A stretch of 63,522 bases of DNA, the filler included, from Basidiobolus ranarum (Eukaryota), in the NCBI GenBank assembly GCA_040143965.1. It is 41 parts of 41 records of this genome, joined end to end, with 100 filler letters (N's around TTAATTAATTAA, not from the genome) between each part and the next. Parts side by side here need not be neighbours in the genome. Positions count along the whole stretch, not along the records: positions 62,077 to 63,522 come from JASJQH010005162.1; 40 more parts are not named here. One strand, 5' to 3'. Position 1 is the first letter of the stretch. Every line of letters begins with the position of its first letter. This document shows, piece by piece, positions 62,077 to 63,522 of this stretch. Position numbers and translations under genes: made by a program. A model generated the notes under the pieces. That model ran no database searches and had not been told where the DNA came from. It saw nothing but the letters and a program-made list of their open reading frames with translations.

Positions 62077-63522
62077 TTGATGGAGATATTGATACAAACT
62101 TGTGTTGGGTATGAGCTAAACCTTGGGTATGAAGAACTCTATAAAAATATTCAGGAGAATATATCAAAGAGACTAGGGATTTTGAAGATGACAAATTAGC
62201 ATTCAAGTGGTAATTGTGTAAAATTTGAGTTACGTTTTTTGCACATGTGTTGATCCATAGTTCTCTGAGATTTTAGCCAATCATTTGCAACTATTTTGCA
62301 AGATCTTGAAATTTCACACCTGAAACTGAAAAAATTGATTAAAATCAAATCTAACTTGACAATTTTATGATGGTAAGTGAACGGTCAATCCCAAATGTAT
62401 TAAAATTGTGATGGTTTTCATACAATAACAATCCTCAAATTTCTGTTAGGGGTCATCAGTTAGAGAGTCACTCAACAATGATACTAGACCTTCAGAATGC
62501 TATATTTGAGCTATAGCAACATGCTGCTCCCTCTGTCCTTTCTCATACGGGATTTCAATCAATCCTGCACCATACATATGCATGTCACCATGACAATCTA
62601 GCAGAGCAGAATATGTGTTGGACCATTAAGCCTACACAACAACCCAAAATTGCTTGGGCACATGAAAGTTGAGATCTCATAGGAAAACTGGCAAACCAAA
62701 AGACTCCAAATGTCAGATCTGCCATCACTTGTTCTGATGATGAGTGGTTTAACATTTTGGAAACTGCACAGAATCATGCTCAAAATCACCTGGATTTGAG
62801 CCAATTGTGGAAAAACCACAAACCAGGCATTACTCTGAAGGTTCTTTACTTGTTTCATGTGGCTTATCCTGGGTTTTTGCAAGCAAATGGCAATTGGGCT
62901 AGTATAGGCCTATTCATGAAACATCTCAAAAATGTGTGTAATTATGAACTTGGAAAAGAAAGAAAAGCTGCTAAAGAAGTACTCAAGGAGCAGGAAGTTA
63001 GTAAACTCAAGGGGAAAGTAAAGGAGCCAGTGAGTTTAGGCTCTACTGTCCCACTTACCAAATTCTTCATACAATTACAAAGATCTGCATTTCCAGAGTC
63101 AGATACATTGGCAAAAAAGCTTAACTTCCCCATGGAACTGGGTACACAAGTTGGACAATTGCTAAATTTGGAACTTTCTCCAACACTTGGCACCTCTCAA
63201 CAAGCCAAAACACCAGTAAATAAAACTAATGGCTCTCCAACCTCAACTGGTACTTTTCAAAATGTTGAAATTAGCCCCAAACTTAAAGGCAAGCAAAAAG
63301 CCAAACCAACACTGCAACGCACCCTCAGTAGTGTTACACTACAAGGATGTACAAAAATAGTCAAAGTGCTTGAGTAGTATTTTCAAAACTATGAAGGGAA
63401 AAACACAGTTCAAGTATGCAAAAAGTGGCTTCAGAAGAAGAACATTCAACTTGACATTCAGTCTGGTGTTGACCATGCAGATATCTGGGAAGAACTTAAT
63501 ACTGAGTGGCACAATATTGCAG
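62077..63522 (+). mobile_element. CMC/EnSpm terminus (62444-62451) nested in another copy's accessory ORF
   Basis: ...AAATTTCTGTTAGGG followed by the middle and C-terminal part of the accessory ORF (62757-63377 and beyond a premature stop). Confidence 0.8.

Overview
This window is not contiguous genome. It is 41 short contigs (1458 down to 1446 nt, sorted by length) joined by 100-nt artificial N44-TTAATTAATTAA-N44 linkers, so adjacency is only meaningful within a contig. The source is a eukaryote: AT-rich, short GT-AG introns with CTAAC-type branch points, TTAGGG telomere, U2 snRNA. It looks like an early-diverging fungus (Basidiobolus-like is my inference). About two thirds of the contigs are nested, CpG-decayed transposon debris: several Ty1/Copia families, Ty3/Gypsy including a chromovirus, and one very abundant two-gene CMC/EnSpm family with CCCTAACA termini. 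The rest mostly break inside duplicated genes. Highlights: (1) two secreted proteins share an apparently uncharacterised four-Cys domain of paired C-x18/19-C modules, one as a ~79-aa tandem array and one fused to an extensin-like tail; (2) an LTR carries a tRNA-like gene; (3) telomere repeats are fused into the middle of an FAD-monooxygenase exon; (4) head-to-head ADH/PDC, uricase/uricase and a third inverted paralog pair; (5) a hidden KP4 killer-toxin pseudogene; (6) an alpha-keto-acid-type NRPS-like A domain; (7) a tandemly repeated acidic-spacer/cationic-tail secreted precursor; (8) a 4-tRNA plus U2 snRNA cluster. All homology calls come from motif recognition by eye, with no database searches.
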